DNA of 61,342 bases, filler included, from Archaeoglobus sp. JdFR-37 (GTDB taxonomy: Archaea; Halobacteriota; Archaeoglobi; Archaeoglobales; Archaeoglobaceae), in NCBI GenBank assembly GCA_002010215.1. It is 5 parts of 5 records of this genome, joined end to end, with 100 filler letters (N's around TTAATTAATTAA, not from the genome) between each part and the next. Parts side by side here need not be neighbours in the genome. Positions count along the whole stretch, not along the records: positions 1 to 13,769 come from MTMY01000014.1; positions 13,870 to 27,023 come from MTMY01000010.1; 3 more parts are not named here. One strand, given 5' to 3'. Each line of letters opens with the position of its first letter. The stretch's first letter is position 1. Under the pieces are notes generated by a model. That model saw only the letters and a program-made list of their open reading frames with translations. It ran no database searches and was not told the DNA's origin. Positions 8,975-18,197 of the stretch are shown in pieces. A program made the position numbers and the translations under genes.

Positions 8975-9880
8975 ATGAAAAAGGGATTTATCTTTATCGG
9001 GAAAGGAGGAGTGGGGAAGACCACTTGCAGTGCTGCTCTTGCCTTAAAACTGTCAGATAAGGGCAAAACACTAATTGCATCTCTTGATCCAGCCCACAAT
9101 CTTGGTGATGTCTATGGAGTGGAGCTATCAGGGAAGCCAAAGATTATCAAAGAGAACCTTTACGCCATGGAGGTGGATACCGACCTCCTGACCAAAAAAT
9201 ATCTGGAGAGAACGGTCAGCAAGATTAAGGACATGTACTCTTACTTAAAGGTGCTAAATCTCGATAGATACGTTGACTCACTTAAGTACTCTCCTGGAAT
9301 AGAAGAATACAGCATCCTTGAGGGTCTGATAAACCTCATTTCTGAAGAATATGATTACATCATCCTGGACATGCCTCCCACCGGCTTAACGATAAAGGTT
9401 CTAACTCTACCCTACACTGCCCTTATCTGGATAGAGAAACTCATGGAGCTGAGAAAGGACATATTGGGGAGAAGGAGAGCAATAGAGAGCATAACCGGTA
9501 GGAAATGTGTGGTGATCGAAGGCAAGGAAGTAAGCATTCCAGTTGATGAGGAAGAGGACCCAGTAATGAAGGAGCTGGAGGATAAGAAGGAGAAGATGGA
9601 GCTTGTAAAAGAATTTCTGTCCCAGAAATGCTCCATAGTCCTTGTGACAAATCCCGAGCCTCTCTCCTTGTTCGAAGGGCGGAGGGCAATTGAAGCGTTG
9701 AAAAGCTTTGGGCTGGACATGTCAAGGATAATCCTGAATAAATTCTCAGGAGAAAATGAGGTTACAAGAGAGATAGAGAGTATGGGTGAGGCGATCAGAA
9801 TTCCGCTCCTCGAAGAACCTCCAAGAGGTGTGGAACAGCTGAAGAAGATATCGGAAGTGGTTGGGAGTGTTTTGAATTAA
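8975..9880 (+). CDS. ArsA/Get3 (TRC40)-family ATPase, single domain
   Basis: GKGGVGKTT, SLDPAHNLGD, PGIEE, DMPPTG, LNK motifs; 301 aa. Confidence 0.9.
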   Translation: MKKGFIFIGKGGVGKTTCSAALALKLSDKGKTLIASLDPAHNLGDVYGVELSGKPKIIKENLYAMEVDTDLLTKKYLERTVSKIKDMYSYLKVLNLDRYVDSLKYSPGIEEYSILEGLINLISEEYDYIILDMPPTGLTIKVLTLPYTALIWIEKLMELRKDILGRRRAIESITGRKCVVIEGKEVSIPVDEEEDPVMKELEDKKEKMELVKEFLSQKCSIVLVTNPEPLSLFEGRRAIEALKSFGLDMSRIILNKFSGENEVTREIESMGEAIRIPLLEEPPRGVEQLKKISEVVGSVLN

Positions 9881-9945
9881 GAGTAAAAATGAAGGAAAGT
9901 TAAGAAAGCGTTAAAGAAAAAAGTGAAAATGGTGAAGGTGAAATC

Positions 9946-10242
9946 GTGAGAGCTGATGTGAAGGCTGAGGAAATCCTTGAGCTCCTGAAAAAAGTTGAGG
10001 ATCCTGAAACTGGATCCAGCATAGTTGATCTTGGGCTAGTCAGCGGGGTTGAAGTTCAAAGCAACGGCATTACGGTTTACGTCAACTTCAACAAGGCCAT
10101 GCCAAGCTGCAAGGCATGTGCACCAATAGCCTGGATGGTAGTGGGAGCGATTATCCGGAGGATGGAGAGGGTTCTCCGCGGAACAGGTATGAAGTACAGA
10201 ATTGTGGAAAGCTCCACCAATCTCATCCATGGGGAGGGCTAA
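9946..10242 (+). CDS. DUF59/MIP18 (FeS assembly-like) small protein
   Basis: LKKVEDPETGSSIVDLGLV signature, PSCKAC motif. Confidence 0.8.
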   Translation: MRADVKAEEILELLKKVEDPETGSSIVDLGLVSGVEVQSNGITVYVNFNKAMPSCKACAPIAWMVVGAIIRRMERVLRGTGMKYRIVESSTNLIHGEG

Positions 10243-10244
10243 GC

Positions 10245-10910
10245 GTGGCTGATTTGTTTGGCCTGTCATTTTCCTTTGACTTGTCCAACCTGTTTGCCAT
10301 CCTAGTGATTTTTGCGGGAGTTGCAACCCTTCAGTTCTTCTACGGCAGAAAGCTGAACTTAGTGCTGATGAGAAACGTTGCAGAGACACTTGAGGAGGTT
10401 GTAAAGCCAAAAGATCAACTTTATACGTGGCTTGGAGGATATATTGGGTTTAAAGTTGAGTATGAAGTTGATGACCCCATTGTTGAGAAGATTGAGGCAA
10501 CGCTCACTCTTTTACCTAGACACAGCATAATGTACCTTCCTGTATCTAAAGTTACGCTTGGAGGAGACAGGCTTTTTCTTGTAGTCAGGAGCCGCCATGC
10601 TGTGAAGGGGGATGTTCATGCAATCAAAAAAGGGACGTACAGACTTAGCAAGGGCATAGATAATGAGATAGAGTATCTCAGCGAAGTTGTGGCTATAAAT
10701 GGAGCTGAGTTTCAGGTTTTCTACAAGAAAAGGAGGGATAAGGATAAATTGCTAAAACACCTCAGCGGCCTTCCGGTGGATAAGGTAAAGCACATATCCG
10801 TTACTCCGTCCACCAGAGTGATTTATGCCTTTGTGGTTCCTGATAAAAGGGTAATTGAGGAAGTGATCCCGAGATTGCTTCAGATAGCCAGGGAGTTTAC
10901 TGAATTCTGA
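10245..10910 (+). CDS. Single-TM membrane-anchored hypothetical protein (possible DUF1682/CCDC47-like)
   Basis: GTG start 2 nt after the upstream stop; N-terminal TM then soluble domain. Confidence 0.7.
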   Translation: MADLFGLSFSFDLSNLFAILVIFAGVATLQFFYGRKLNLVLMRNVAETLEEVVKPKDQLYTWLGGYIGFKVEYEVDDPIVEKIEATLTLLPRHSIMYLPVSKVTLGGDRLFLVVRSRHAVKGDVHAIKKGTYRLSKGIDNEIEYLSEVVAINGAEFQVFYKKRRDKDKLLKHLSGLPVDKVKHISVTPSTRVIYAFVVPDKRVIEEVIPRLLQIAREFTEF

Positions 10911-10955
10911 ATCATAGGTTTTAGCTCCTATCTCAATTTAATAAAATTAAAAAAA

Positions 10956-11933
10956 TCAATATCCTTTCTCCTTATCAACCACATTTATAAGTTCCTCACC
11001 CCTCAGAAACCTCCTCAGGTTCTCAGCGAAAATTGCCGTAGCTCTCTCCCAGTAGTAGGGCGTTGAACCCGCAACGTGGGGAGTTATGATGACGTTGTCG
11101 AGCTCCCAAAGCTCAGATGTTTTCGGCAGCGGTTCAGTTTTTGCAACGTCTAAAGCTGCGCCAGCAATCCACCGCTCTTTCAGGGCCGTGATTAACGCAT
11201 CTTCATCCACAACCTCTCCTCTGGCAATGTTTATCAGGTAAGCAGTCCTTTTCATTTTCCTAAGCTCTTCTCTGCCTATCAGGTTGGTCGTTTCTGGTGT
11301 CAGGGGGACGCAGAGAACAAGGTAGTCAGACTCTCTCAGCACTTTCTCCATGCCATTTTCACCGCCATTCACACTGTCCATACCATACACTTCATCCACA
11401 TGCTCCACTTCTGAGGGGTTTCTTTTTACGCCTATAACTCTCATACCGAAGCACTTTCCCTTTCTGGCTATCTCTCTGCCTATTGCGCCTAAGCCAATAA
11501 TGCCGAGAGTTTTCCCTTTAAGCTCGTCAAGAGGGTCAAAGGGAATGGGGTGCCTTACTTTCCACACCTTCCTCTTCTGGTCTTCCAAGAGCTCTGGAAG
11601 CTTCCGGGCGAAGGCGAGTATGAGAGCAAAGACGTGGTCTGAAGCTTGAGATGCGTGTATTCCTCTGGAACAAGTTACGATGACCTCACTTTTCTTCACT
11701 TCTTCTATTAACAGCGAATCGACACCAACATAGGGGGACTGAATCCACCTGAGCTTCTTAGCCTTACTAAACAGCTCTGGAGTTATTTTGTTGCTGAAGA
11801 GAACTTCGGCATCTTCTATCTCCTTCAGAATTTCATCGGGTTCTGTGGCCTTTACCACATCGACGCCACTTATTCCCTTTATCTGCGCCATGTATTTCTC
11901 ATCAAGGGGGAAAGCAACCAGAACCTTAACCAT
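10956..11933 (-). CDS. D-2-hydroxyacid dehydrogenase
   Basis: GIIGLGAIG, INIARG, LDV, ITPHVAG; start probably MVKVLVAFP. Confidence 0.9.
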   Translation of the reverse strand: MVKVLVAFPLDEKYMAQIKGISGVDVVKATEPDEILKEIEDAEVLFSNKITPELFSKAKKLRWIQSPYVGVDSLLIEEVKKSEVIVTCSRGIHASQASDHVFALILAFARKLPELLEDQKRKVWKVRHPIPFDPLDELKGKTLGIIGLGAIGREIARKGKCFGMRVIGVKRNPSEVEHVDEVYGMDSVNGGENGMEKVLRESDYLVLCVPLTPETTNLIGREELRKMKRTAYLINIARGEVVDEDALITALKERWIAGAALDVAKTEPLPKTSELWELDNVIITPHVAGSTPYYWERATAIFAENLRRFLRGEELINVVDKEKGY

Positions 11934-12016
11934 GGTCTTTTTCAGGCAAACCAACCTTAAATCTTACGGAAATATTGACCTATTGTGATAAAAAAGAAAT
12001 ACTGAACAATAGGCAT

Positions 12017-12376
12017 TCAGCTAACCTTTGACATCTGAACCCCATCTCTCGCCCAGTTATTTCTGTCTGATTCAATTAAATTCAGGAGTATATCTCTCCC
12101 GCCAACTTTTGTGTGCCTGGCGATGATTTCTGTAAGTCTGCTGAACAGCTTTTCCTTCATCTCATCGCTCCTTCCGGAAAACATGAAAATTTCCACAAAT
12201 ACGAAATTTGCGTCACAGCTTTCGTGAACCCACCGAGTGGATGCTGAATTGCACACCATCACATAGACGTGTTCCTGACTTATACCAAGAACGTCTGCAA
12301 CAGCCTCATGAACATCCTTTGCTAACTGATCAGAGGGTTTGGTTTCAGGAGAAAGGTGGATTATTACAACCGGCAT
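12017..12376 (-). CDS. Tautomerase superfamily protein (Pro-1; 4-OT/MSAD-like)
   Basis: N-terminal MP, two beta-alpha-beta repeats, GRSDEMKEKL and NW motifs. Confidence 0.8.
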   Translation of the reverse strand: MPVVIIHLSPETKPSDQLAKDVHEAVADVLGISQEHVYVMVCNSASTRWVHESCDANFVFVEIFMFSGRSDEMKEKLFSRLTEIIARHTKVGGRDILLNLIESDRNNWARDGVQMSKVS

Positions 12377-12490
12377 TTTTCGACCTCTACTTATAGATGA
12401 TTTCCCTCTATTAAATCCTTTTCTTACTGTTTGTTATCTCGACAGCGGCTCAAACAAAAGGTTTAATGGTTTCCTTGTATATTTACACCT

Positions 12491-13432
12491 ATGAAAGTTG
12501 CCATTATAGAACCGCTTCAACTGCCCCGGGAGCTCGTTTTGGAGAGATTCAGCTCCTTGAACTGTGAAGTTGAGCTGTACGACACCAAGCCCGAAAGCCA
12601 GCAGGAGGTTCTTGAGCGGTGCAAAGGGGCGGACATCGCGGTGCTGGTGAACACACCCATTACTGCTGAGGTTCTGGATAAGCTCGACAATCTAAAGATG
12701 ATCGCAGTGTCGTTCACCGGCTACGACCACGTGGATATTGAGAAGTGCCGGGAGCTTGGGGTAACCGTCTGCAACGTCCCCGAGTATTCGACGCATTCGG
12801 TTGCGGAGCTTGTGTTTGGACTGGTTATAGCAGCCATGAGGAAGATTCTGGAGTGTGACAGAGCTGTCAGAGAGGGCAGGGGGAATCAGGGGTTGATGGG
12901 AAGGGAGCTTTTCGGCAAAACCATGGGCGTGATTGGAACGGGTAAGATAGGGCAGAGAGTCTGCGAAATTGCCCTAGCTTTTGGAATGAACGTCCTGGCA
13001 TATTCCAGGACTGAGAAAGAGGAGCTGGTGAAGAATGGAGTAAAGTACGTGCCTTTAGAAGAGCTTCTCAGAGAAAGCGATATCGTCAGTATTCATGTGC
13101 CTCTAAATAAGGAGACCGAGAAGATGATTGGATCAAAAGAACTGGCTTTACTGAAAGATGGAGCAGTAATCGTGAATGCTGCAAGAGGGAAAGTTATCGA
13201 CACTGAAGCACTGGTTGAAGAGCTTGAAAAGGGAAGGATAATTGCCTGTCTTGACGTTTTTGACATGGAGCCACCTTTACCACCAGATTACGCAATCCTC
13301 GACGCTAAAAACACGATTCTAACTCCACACGTTGGTTACTACACTCAAGAAGCTCTAGAAAGAAGACTTGAGGTAACGATTGAGAATATCAAAGCTTTCC
13401 TGTCAGGAAGTCCGAAAAACGTTGTAACGTGA
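12491..13432 (+). CDS. D-2-hydroxyacid (glycerate-type) dehydrogenase
   Basis: FTGYDHVD, GVIGTGKIG, NAARG, LDVF, TPHVG. Confidence 0.9.
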   Translation: MKVAIIEPLQLPRELVLERFSSLNCEVELYDTKPESQQEVLERCKGADIAVLVNTPITAEVLDKLDNLKMIAVSFTGYDHVDIEKCRELGVTVCNVPEYSTHSVAELVFGLVIAAMRKILECDRAVREGRGNQGLMGRELFGKTMGVIGTGKIGQRVCEIALAFGMNVLAYSRTEKEELVKNGVKYVPLEELLRESDIVSIHVPLNKETEKMIGSKELALLKDGAVIVNAARGKVIDTEALVEELEKGRIIACLDVFDMEPPLPPDYAILDAKNTILTPHVGYYTQEALERRLEVTIENIKAFLSGSPKNVVT

Positions 13433-13495
13433 TCATCTATTTTTTATCCAGAAAAATAAAAAAGAGTGAGGATATTTAATAAACACCCCTTGTAC

Positions 13496-13597
13496 TCAAA
13501 GCCCTCTCTCCCTCATCGCCACCCTCAAGAAATACGCTAGCCCTCCATAGAGCACTGCGAAGCCGAAGATGGCCATTGCAACGCTTTCGGCAGACAT
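13496..13597 (-). CDS. MetS-family small subunit of NSS transporter (MSAESVAMAIFGFAVLYGGLAYFLRVAMRERGL)
   Basis: Manually found 33-aa single-TM ORF with LYGGL; its start overlaps the transporter stop (TGATG). Confidence 0.75.
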   Translation of the reverse strand: MSAESVAMAIFGFAVLYGGLAYFLRVAMRERGL

Positions 13598-13769
13598 CAG
13601 ACCACCTCTTCCTTAACTTCCTTCTCTTCTGCCTCTGCCTCTGCTGCTTCCTCATCTCTCCCCTTCAAAGAAAGCGCAGCAGAAACAAGCATTCCAGCAA
13701 CTATCACCGCCAAACCAATTGCTAGGGCTCCAACTGGATAACCGCCGTAAGCTGTTTCGAGATTGGCCT
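13597..13769 (-). CDS. Sodium-dependent (NSS/SNF) transporter C-terminal fragment, apparently frameshifted
   Basis: NLETAYGGYPV in one frame, last TM ETLAIGLAVIVAGMLVSAALS in the adjacent frame; truncated by the gap. Confidence 0.6.
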
Positions 13770-13869
13770 NNNNNNNNNNNNNNNNNNNNNNNNNNNNNNN
13801 NNNNNNNNNNNNNTTAATTAATTAANNNNNNNNNNNNNNNNNNNNNNNNNNNNNNNNNNNNNNNNNNNN
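13770..13869. other. Artificial contig spacer
   Basis: N run with central TTAATTAATTAA (stops in all frames). Confidence 0.98.
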
Positions 13870-13870
13870 A

Positions 13871-13972
13871 GTTGAGCACATAGTGATCTGGAACCTGACC
13901 TATTTCGGCGATGCCAGCAAGGTCAGAAGCTCCTATGCGCTGATAGATGAGGTGATTGGGCATTTCAGGTAG
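13871..13972 (+). CDS. C-terminal fragment of a CDS (possibly LLM-class oxidoreductase)
   Basis: Open frame VEHIVIWNLTYFGDASKVRSSYALIDEVIGHFR* from the contig start. Confidence 0.4.
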   Translation, partial: VEHIVIWNLTYFGDASKVRSSYALIDEVIGHFR

Positions 13973-14045
13973 ATGATTTAAATTTGCAGGCCAGGAATTG
14001 TAATTAAAAATAAAAAAGAATTTTTAATGTCAAAAACTCAAAAGG

Positions 14046-15152
14046 TTGGTGAGTATGGAGCTTAATAAACCGGTTAAGATAGCAATAGCTCAAATATCCC
14101 CAGAGTATATGGATAAAGAGGGTACAATCGATAAAGCATGCGATGCAATAGAGAAAGCCGGAAAAGAAGGATCTAAACTGGTTGTATTCCCCGAGACATT
14201 TGTGCCTGGCTATCCATACTGGAGAAGTGTCACGCCGGGATCTAAGTGGGCTAAATATATGGTAGAGTACCAAAGAAATTCGGTAAAGATACCTGATGAT
14301 ACGGAGAACTTGTGTGAAGCTGCCAGAGATGCAGGTGTAGTAGCGATTATTGGTGTCAGTGAGATGGACACTTTACCTGGGAGTACTACACTTTACAATA
14401 CCCTCTTATTTATAGATTCAAATGGTGAATTGCTTGGTAAACATAGGAAATTGATGCCCACACATGGAGAAAGGATGGTTTGGGGGATGGGAGATGGATC
14501 GGATCTTAATACCTACTCAACTGATATAGGCGTTGTGGGAGGTTTGATCTGCTACGAAAACCATATGACACCTATAAAATCACTTCTTGCTCTAATGGGT
14601 GAAGAGATACATGCTGCAGTATGGCCGGGTTATTGGGTTGCAGAAAAACATACAGCAAACAAAAGACGTTTCGATCCTGAAAAAGACAAGCTTGTAGCTT
14701 GTGATATAGATTCTGCGATTCGTGAATTTGCTTTTGAGACCCAAACCTTTGTGCTCAGTGCCAATCTGTACCTTCCGTCTGACGTTTTACCCGAGGGTTC
14801 GTTCGACATCGCAGCCGGAGGGAGTGCAGTGGTAAATCCCTCAGGACTGTATATAGTCGACCCAATATTTGATGAAGAAACCATCGTTTACGCTGAACTT
14901 GATCCAGAAGAGAGACTGGCTACAAAAGCCTATTTTGATTGTATTGGACATTATAGCAGATGGGACTTGGTTCAACTTAACTTTAAAGCTAAACATATTA
15001 CTCCATTGAAAATCTCTGAAGAATTGACCGATGTGATTTTGTCGTCTAAAAGATTTGAAGATCTTATCAAAAATTATGATATAAGGATTAAAAAAATTGA
15101 ACAGCTACTTGAAAAATTACATAGTGATACATCTAGACTGGATGGGCTCTAA
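14046..15152 (+). CDS. Nitrilase (carbon-nitrogen hydrolase)
   Basis: E-K-C triad in FPETF, HRKLMPT, LICYENH; DCIGHYSRWD. Start may be ATG 14055. Confidence 0.9.
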   Translation: MVSMELNKPVKIAIAQISPEYMDKEGTIDKACDAIEKAGKEGSKLVVFPETFVPGYPYWRSVTPGSKWAKYMVEYQRNSVKIPDDTENLCEAARDAGVVAIIGVSEMDTLPGSTTLYNTLLFIDSNGELLGKHRKLMPTHGERMVWGMGDGSDLNTYSTDIGVVGGLICYENHMTPIKSLLALMGEEIHAAVWPGYWVAEKHTANKRRFDPEKDKLVACDIDSAIREFAFETQTFVLSANLYLPSDVLPEGSFDIAAGGSAVVNPSGLYIVDPIFDEETIVYAELDPEERLATKAYFDCIGHYSRWDLVQLNFKAKHITPLKISEELTDVILSSKRFEDLIKNYDIRIKKIEQLLEKLHSDTSRLDGL

Positions 15153-15300
15153 AACAAAACGTCATAAAGAGTTTCACCAAATGGCGCCTATCCAATCCCA
15201 TTTAGATACCTCTATGTGACGTGAAAGTTTTAGCGAACTCACGCTCCCCTTACTTGCAAACTTCCCCGCTGCCAGACTATCGACAATTTGGACTATAGTT

Positions 15301-16632
15301 CTACCACGTTGCTATCCAGTCTGGACCCTTCTTGAATGCTGGTGGTTCGACCTTATCAGGCTCAAGAACAAGTTCAGGGTCTTGAATATACGGCAGCCCC
15401 CATCCTTTGGTGTCCTTCGCCACTATTCCCGGTCTCGCTTCCCATAGCACCCTGTGATCCTCTTTTCTCATTGTTCCATCACCGTAAGGCGTTGAGATTT
15501 TCCCAAGATTCTCCATTGCATCTCTTATCTCATCGTTTGTTGGAAACTCTCCCTTTTCTTCGTAGGCTTTTTCTATTGCTTGCTTCCATGCGTAGAATGT
15601 GGCTATTGCATCCGCCACAGCTCCAATCATATACACCTGATAATTGTTCATTAGATCCAAAACAATCTGACGAAATTCAGGAAAAGTGACAGATCCCTGA
15701 TTTGCTGGCTGTGGATGTCCGAAAACCGGGATCTCTCTACCAATAGCTGGGTAGAAGTCCCAGTAGCCACAAAGAACGGTCTCCCCTCCAGTCCCCTTAA
15801 GAAGTCCGTAGGGAAGTAGCTGATCGATAAATCGCGTAAAATCTGTTCCCCAGAGGCTCGTAAAGATGAAATCCGGCTTCATATTTAGTAGTTCAGTTAC
15901 GTAGGGCGTGTAGTCTGGAGTGAAGAGCTTTGGATATAATGGGTCGAGAATTTCTACGTCGGGTTTCAGTTTTTTTATCGCAGCAGTGAAAATCTCATAA
16001 TTGTCGTAACCGTATGCATAGTCCTGATGTATCTGGGCTATCACTTTCACCTCCGGGAACAGCTCCTTGCAGAGATACGCCGCCTGCACGGCATGGGATG
16101 TGGTCGTGTTAGTAACTTTGAAAACCCAGTCCATTCTGCCCTTCGTTGGGTCTTCAGGGTCTTTCCATGCCCCATATGACGGTCTTGCTTGATTAATGAA
16201 GAACATGGTGCTGTTCTCCTCAGCAACCTGTGCTACGGCGAGTGCGTACGGGGTCCCGGGGATCCCAGATATCAGATCTACTTTGTCCTGCAGGCAAAGT
16301 TTCTTTGCCTTCTCAACTGTGTCAGAAATCGTGCCCTGATCTTCGTGTATAACCTTAATTTTCGCTCCAGCGATTCCTCCTGCAGCGTTTACCTGTTCAA
16401 CGAGGTAATCAATGGTTTTGTGTGCAGGTTCGCCAAATGCAGCAGCTGGTCCGGTTCTGAAAGCTATATATCCGAGCTTAAGTTCCCTCGGTGCCGGTTT
16501 CGGAGTCGTTTGAACTGGCACAGGAGTGGGCTTAGGCTTTGGCTGCTGAACACAGCCACTAAACATTATCCAAGCAGCCCCTGCTCCTACGAATTTAAGA
16601 AACTCTCTTCTGGTGGGGTTGTCAACAAACAT
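15301..16632 (-). CDS. ABC transporter substrate-binding protein (branched-chain/HAAT type), Tat lipoprotein
   Basis: TRREFLK Tat motif, FSGC lipobox, Pro/Thr linker, VNAAGGI, DYAYGYD; start MFVDNPTRR. Confidence 0.85.
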   Translation of the reverse strand: MFVDNPTRREFLKFVGAGAAWIMFSGCVQQPKPKPTPVPVQTTPKPAPRELKLGYIAFRTGPAAAFGEPAHKTIDYLVEQVNAAGGIAGAKIKVIHEDQGTISDTVEKAKKLCLQDKVDLISGIPGTPYALAVAQVAEENSTMFFINQARPSYGAWKDPEDPTKGRMDWVFKVTNTTTSHAVQAAYLCKELFPEVKVIAQIHQDYAYGYDNYEIFTAAIKKLKPDVEILDPLYPKLFTPDYTPYVTELLNMKPDFIFTSLWGTDFTRFIDQLLPYGLLKGTGGETVLCGYWDFYPAIGREIPVFGHPQPANQGSVTFPEFRQIVLDLMNNYQVYMIGAVADAIATFYAWKQAIEKAYEEKGEFPTNDEIRDAMENLGKISTPYGDGTMRKEDHRVLWEARPGIVAKDTKGWGLPYIQDPELVLEPDKVEPPAFKKGPDWIATW

Positions 16633-16928
16633 CTTAGCCACCCAATTTGTAATGAGTAATAATGATATTATATAACTCTTTCGTAGAATATGCATAACGC
16701 TCTTATTATTTTTCTCATTGTAATAAGGTAACAAGTCGCCACTGCTAAATTTCAGAAGAACATTATGATTTCAGGCACACTCAACATAATTTGGAAGGCT
16801 GTAGCGAGGATTGCTGGATGTTACCATGAGGCAATTTTTCGTATATTTTACATCGATTCCTTTGTGATTTCATAATATCCGAAATCTTTTAATATTGTTT
16901 TAATTAATGATTAAAAAGGTGGTAGAAA

Positions 16929-18122
16929 ATGATTGTGGATTCTCTTCTGACAGACGAGCAAAGAGCCATTAGAGATGCTGCAAGGGATTTTGCAGAAAAA
17001 GAATTTCCAAACTATGCTGAAGAGTGTGACAGAGAAGAGAAGTTTCCTTTTGAATTATGGAAGAAGGCTGCAAAGCTTGGATTTATCGGGATAAATATAC
17101 CCGAGGAGTATGGTGGTCAGGGATTAGGGATCCTAGATTCATGCTTGGTCGTCGAAGAATTCTGGCGAGTAGACGGAGGGCTCGCACAGATAACTTCAAC
17201 GACATTTGGCTCAGAGCAAATAATAATGTTCGGAACAGAAGAACAGAAGAAGAGATATCTCCCACCTCTCGCAAAAGGAGAAGCTATCTGCTGTGCTTGC
17301 TACACTGAGCCGCATGCTGGCAGCGATGTTGCCGGCATAAAGACGAGAGCGGATAAGGATGGCGATGAGTACGTGATAAACGGCACAAAGATGTTCATAA
17401 CCAATGGAGGTATCGCTGACTACTACATCGTCCTCGCCAGAACCGACCCCAATCCTCCTAAGAGGCACCACGGAATGAGCGTATTTATTGTCGAAAAAGA
17501 CACACCCGGTCTAGAAGCAAGGAAACTGACCAATAAGCTTGGAATTCGAGCGAGCGATACTGCTGAAGTTGTGTTCAAGAATGTCAGAGTGCCTAAGGAT
17601 AATCTGGTTGGTGAGGAGGGCAAGGGATTCTATCAGACTATGACATTCTTTAACGTCACTCGCATTCCTGTAGCTTTTCAGGCTGTTGGGATTGCTAGGG
17701 GCGCTTTCGAACTCGCGTTTGAATATGCGAAGAATAGGGAAGTATTTGAGAGCAAACTCATAGAGTTTCAGGTTACGCTGGAAAAGCTCGCAAAAATGCG
17801 AACAAAACTTGAAGCAGCAAGGTTATTAGCCTATCAAGCGGCTTATTTCCAAGACAGGCAGGGAATACCCGATCCCGGTCTTACTGCAATGGCCAAATAT
17901 TATACAGCCAGGGTAGCCCAAGAAATAGTCAACGAAGCACTGCAAATCCATGGTGGATATGGGTTCATGGGCGAGCAGGCAATTTCCAGAATGTACAGGG
18001 ACGTGAGAATTCTCGAAATATATGAGGGGACAAGAGAAATAGAACTAGAGATTATCGGAAGGTCTTTGACGGGAAGAATACCATCGGTTCTTGGCACTGT
18101 GAGGAGGCACCCACTAATGTAA
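16929..18122 (+). CDS. Acyl-CoA dehydrogenase
   Basis: TEPHAGSD, INGTKMFITNG, QIHGGYG, EIYEGT. Confidence 0.95.
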   Translation: MIVDSLLTDEQRAIRDAARDFAEKEFPNYAEECDREEKFPFELWKKAAKLGFIGINIPEEYGGQGLGILDSCLVVEEFWRVDGGLAQITSTTFGSEQIIMFGTEEQKKRYLPPLAKGEAICCACYTEPHAGSDVAGIKTRADKDGDEYVINGTKMFITNGGIADYYIVLARTDPNPPKRHHGMSVFIVEKDTPGLEARKLTNKLGIRASDTAEVVFKNVRVPKDNLVGEEGKGFYQTMTFFNVTRIPVAFQAVGIARGAFELAFEYAKNREVFESKLIEFQVTLEKLAKMRTKLEAARLLAYQAAYFQDRQGIPDPGLTAMAKYYTARVAQEIVNEALQIHGGYGFMGEQAISRMYRDVRILEIYEGTREIELEIIGRSLTGRIPSVLGTVRRHPLM

Positions 18123-18197
18123 CCGTAAATATTAGTTTTTTAAATTTATTTGTTCAACCTAGGTATTTCTTAGAACAAAGTCTAAAATGTAAAATTT

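Noticed and set aside
8975..9880. Arsenic-resistance ArsA
   Set aside because: Single domain, no arsB/acr3/arsC/arsR nearby, cstA context.
10116..10244. Long 5' extension of the 264-aa ORF
   Set aside because: Overlaps the DUF59 gene; GTG at 10245 after GGGGAGG fits better.
13651..13767. Cys-rich reading ...DSCWNACFCCAFF resembling a RiPP
   Set aside because: It is the off-frame continuation of the frameshifted NSS transporter C-terminus.
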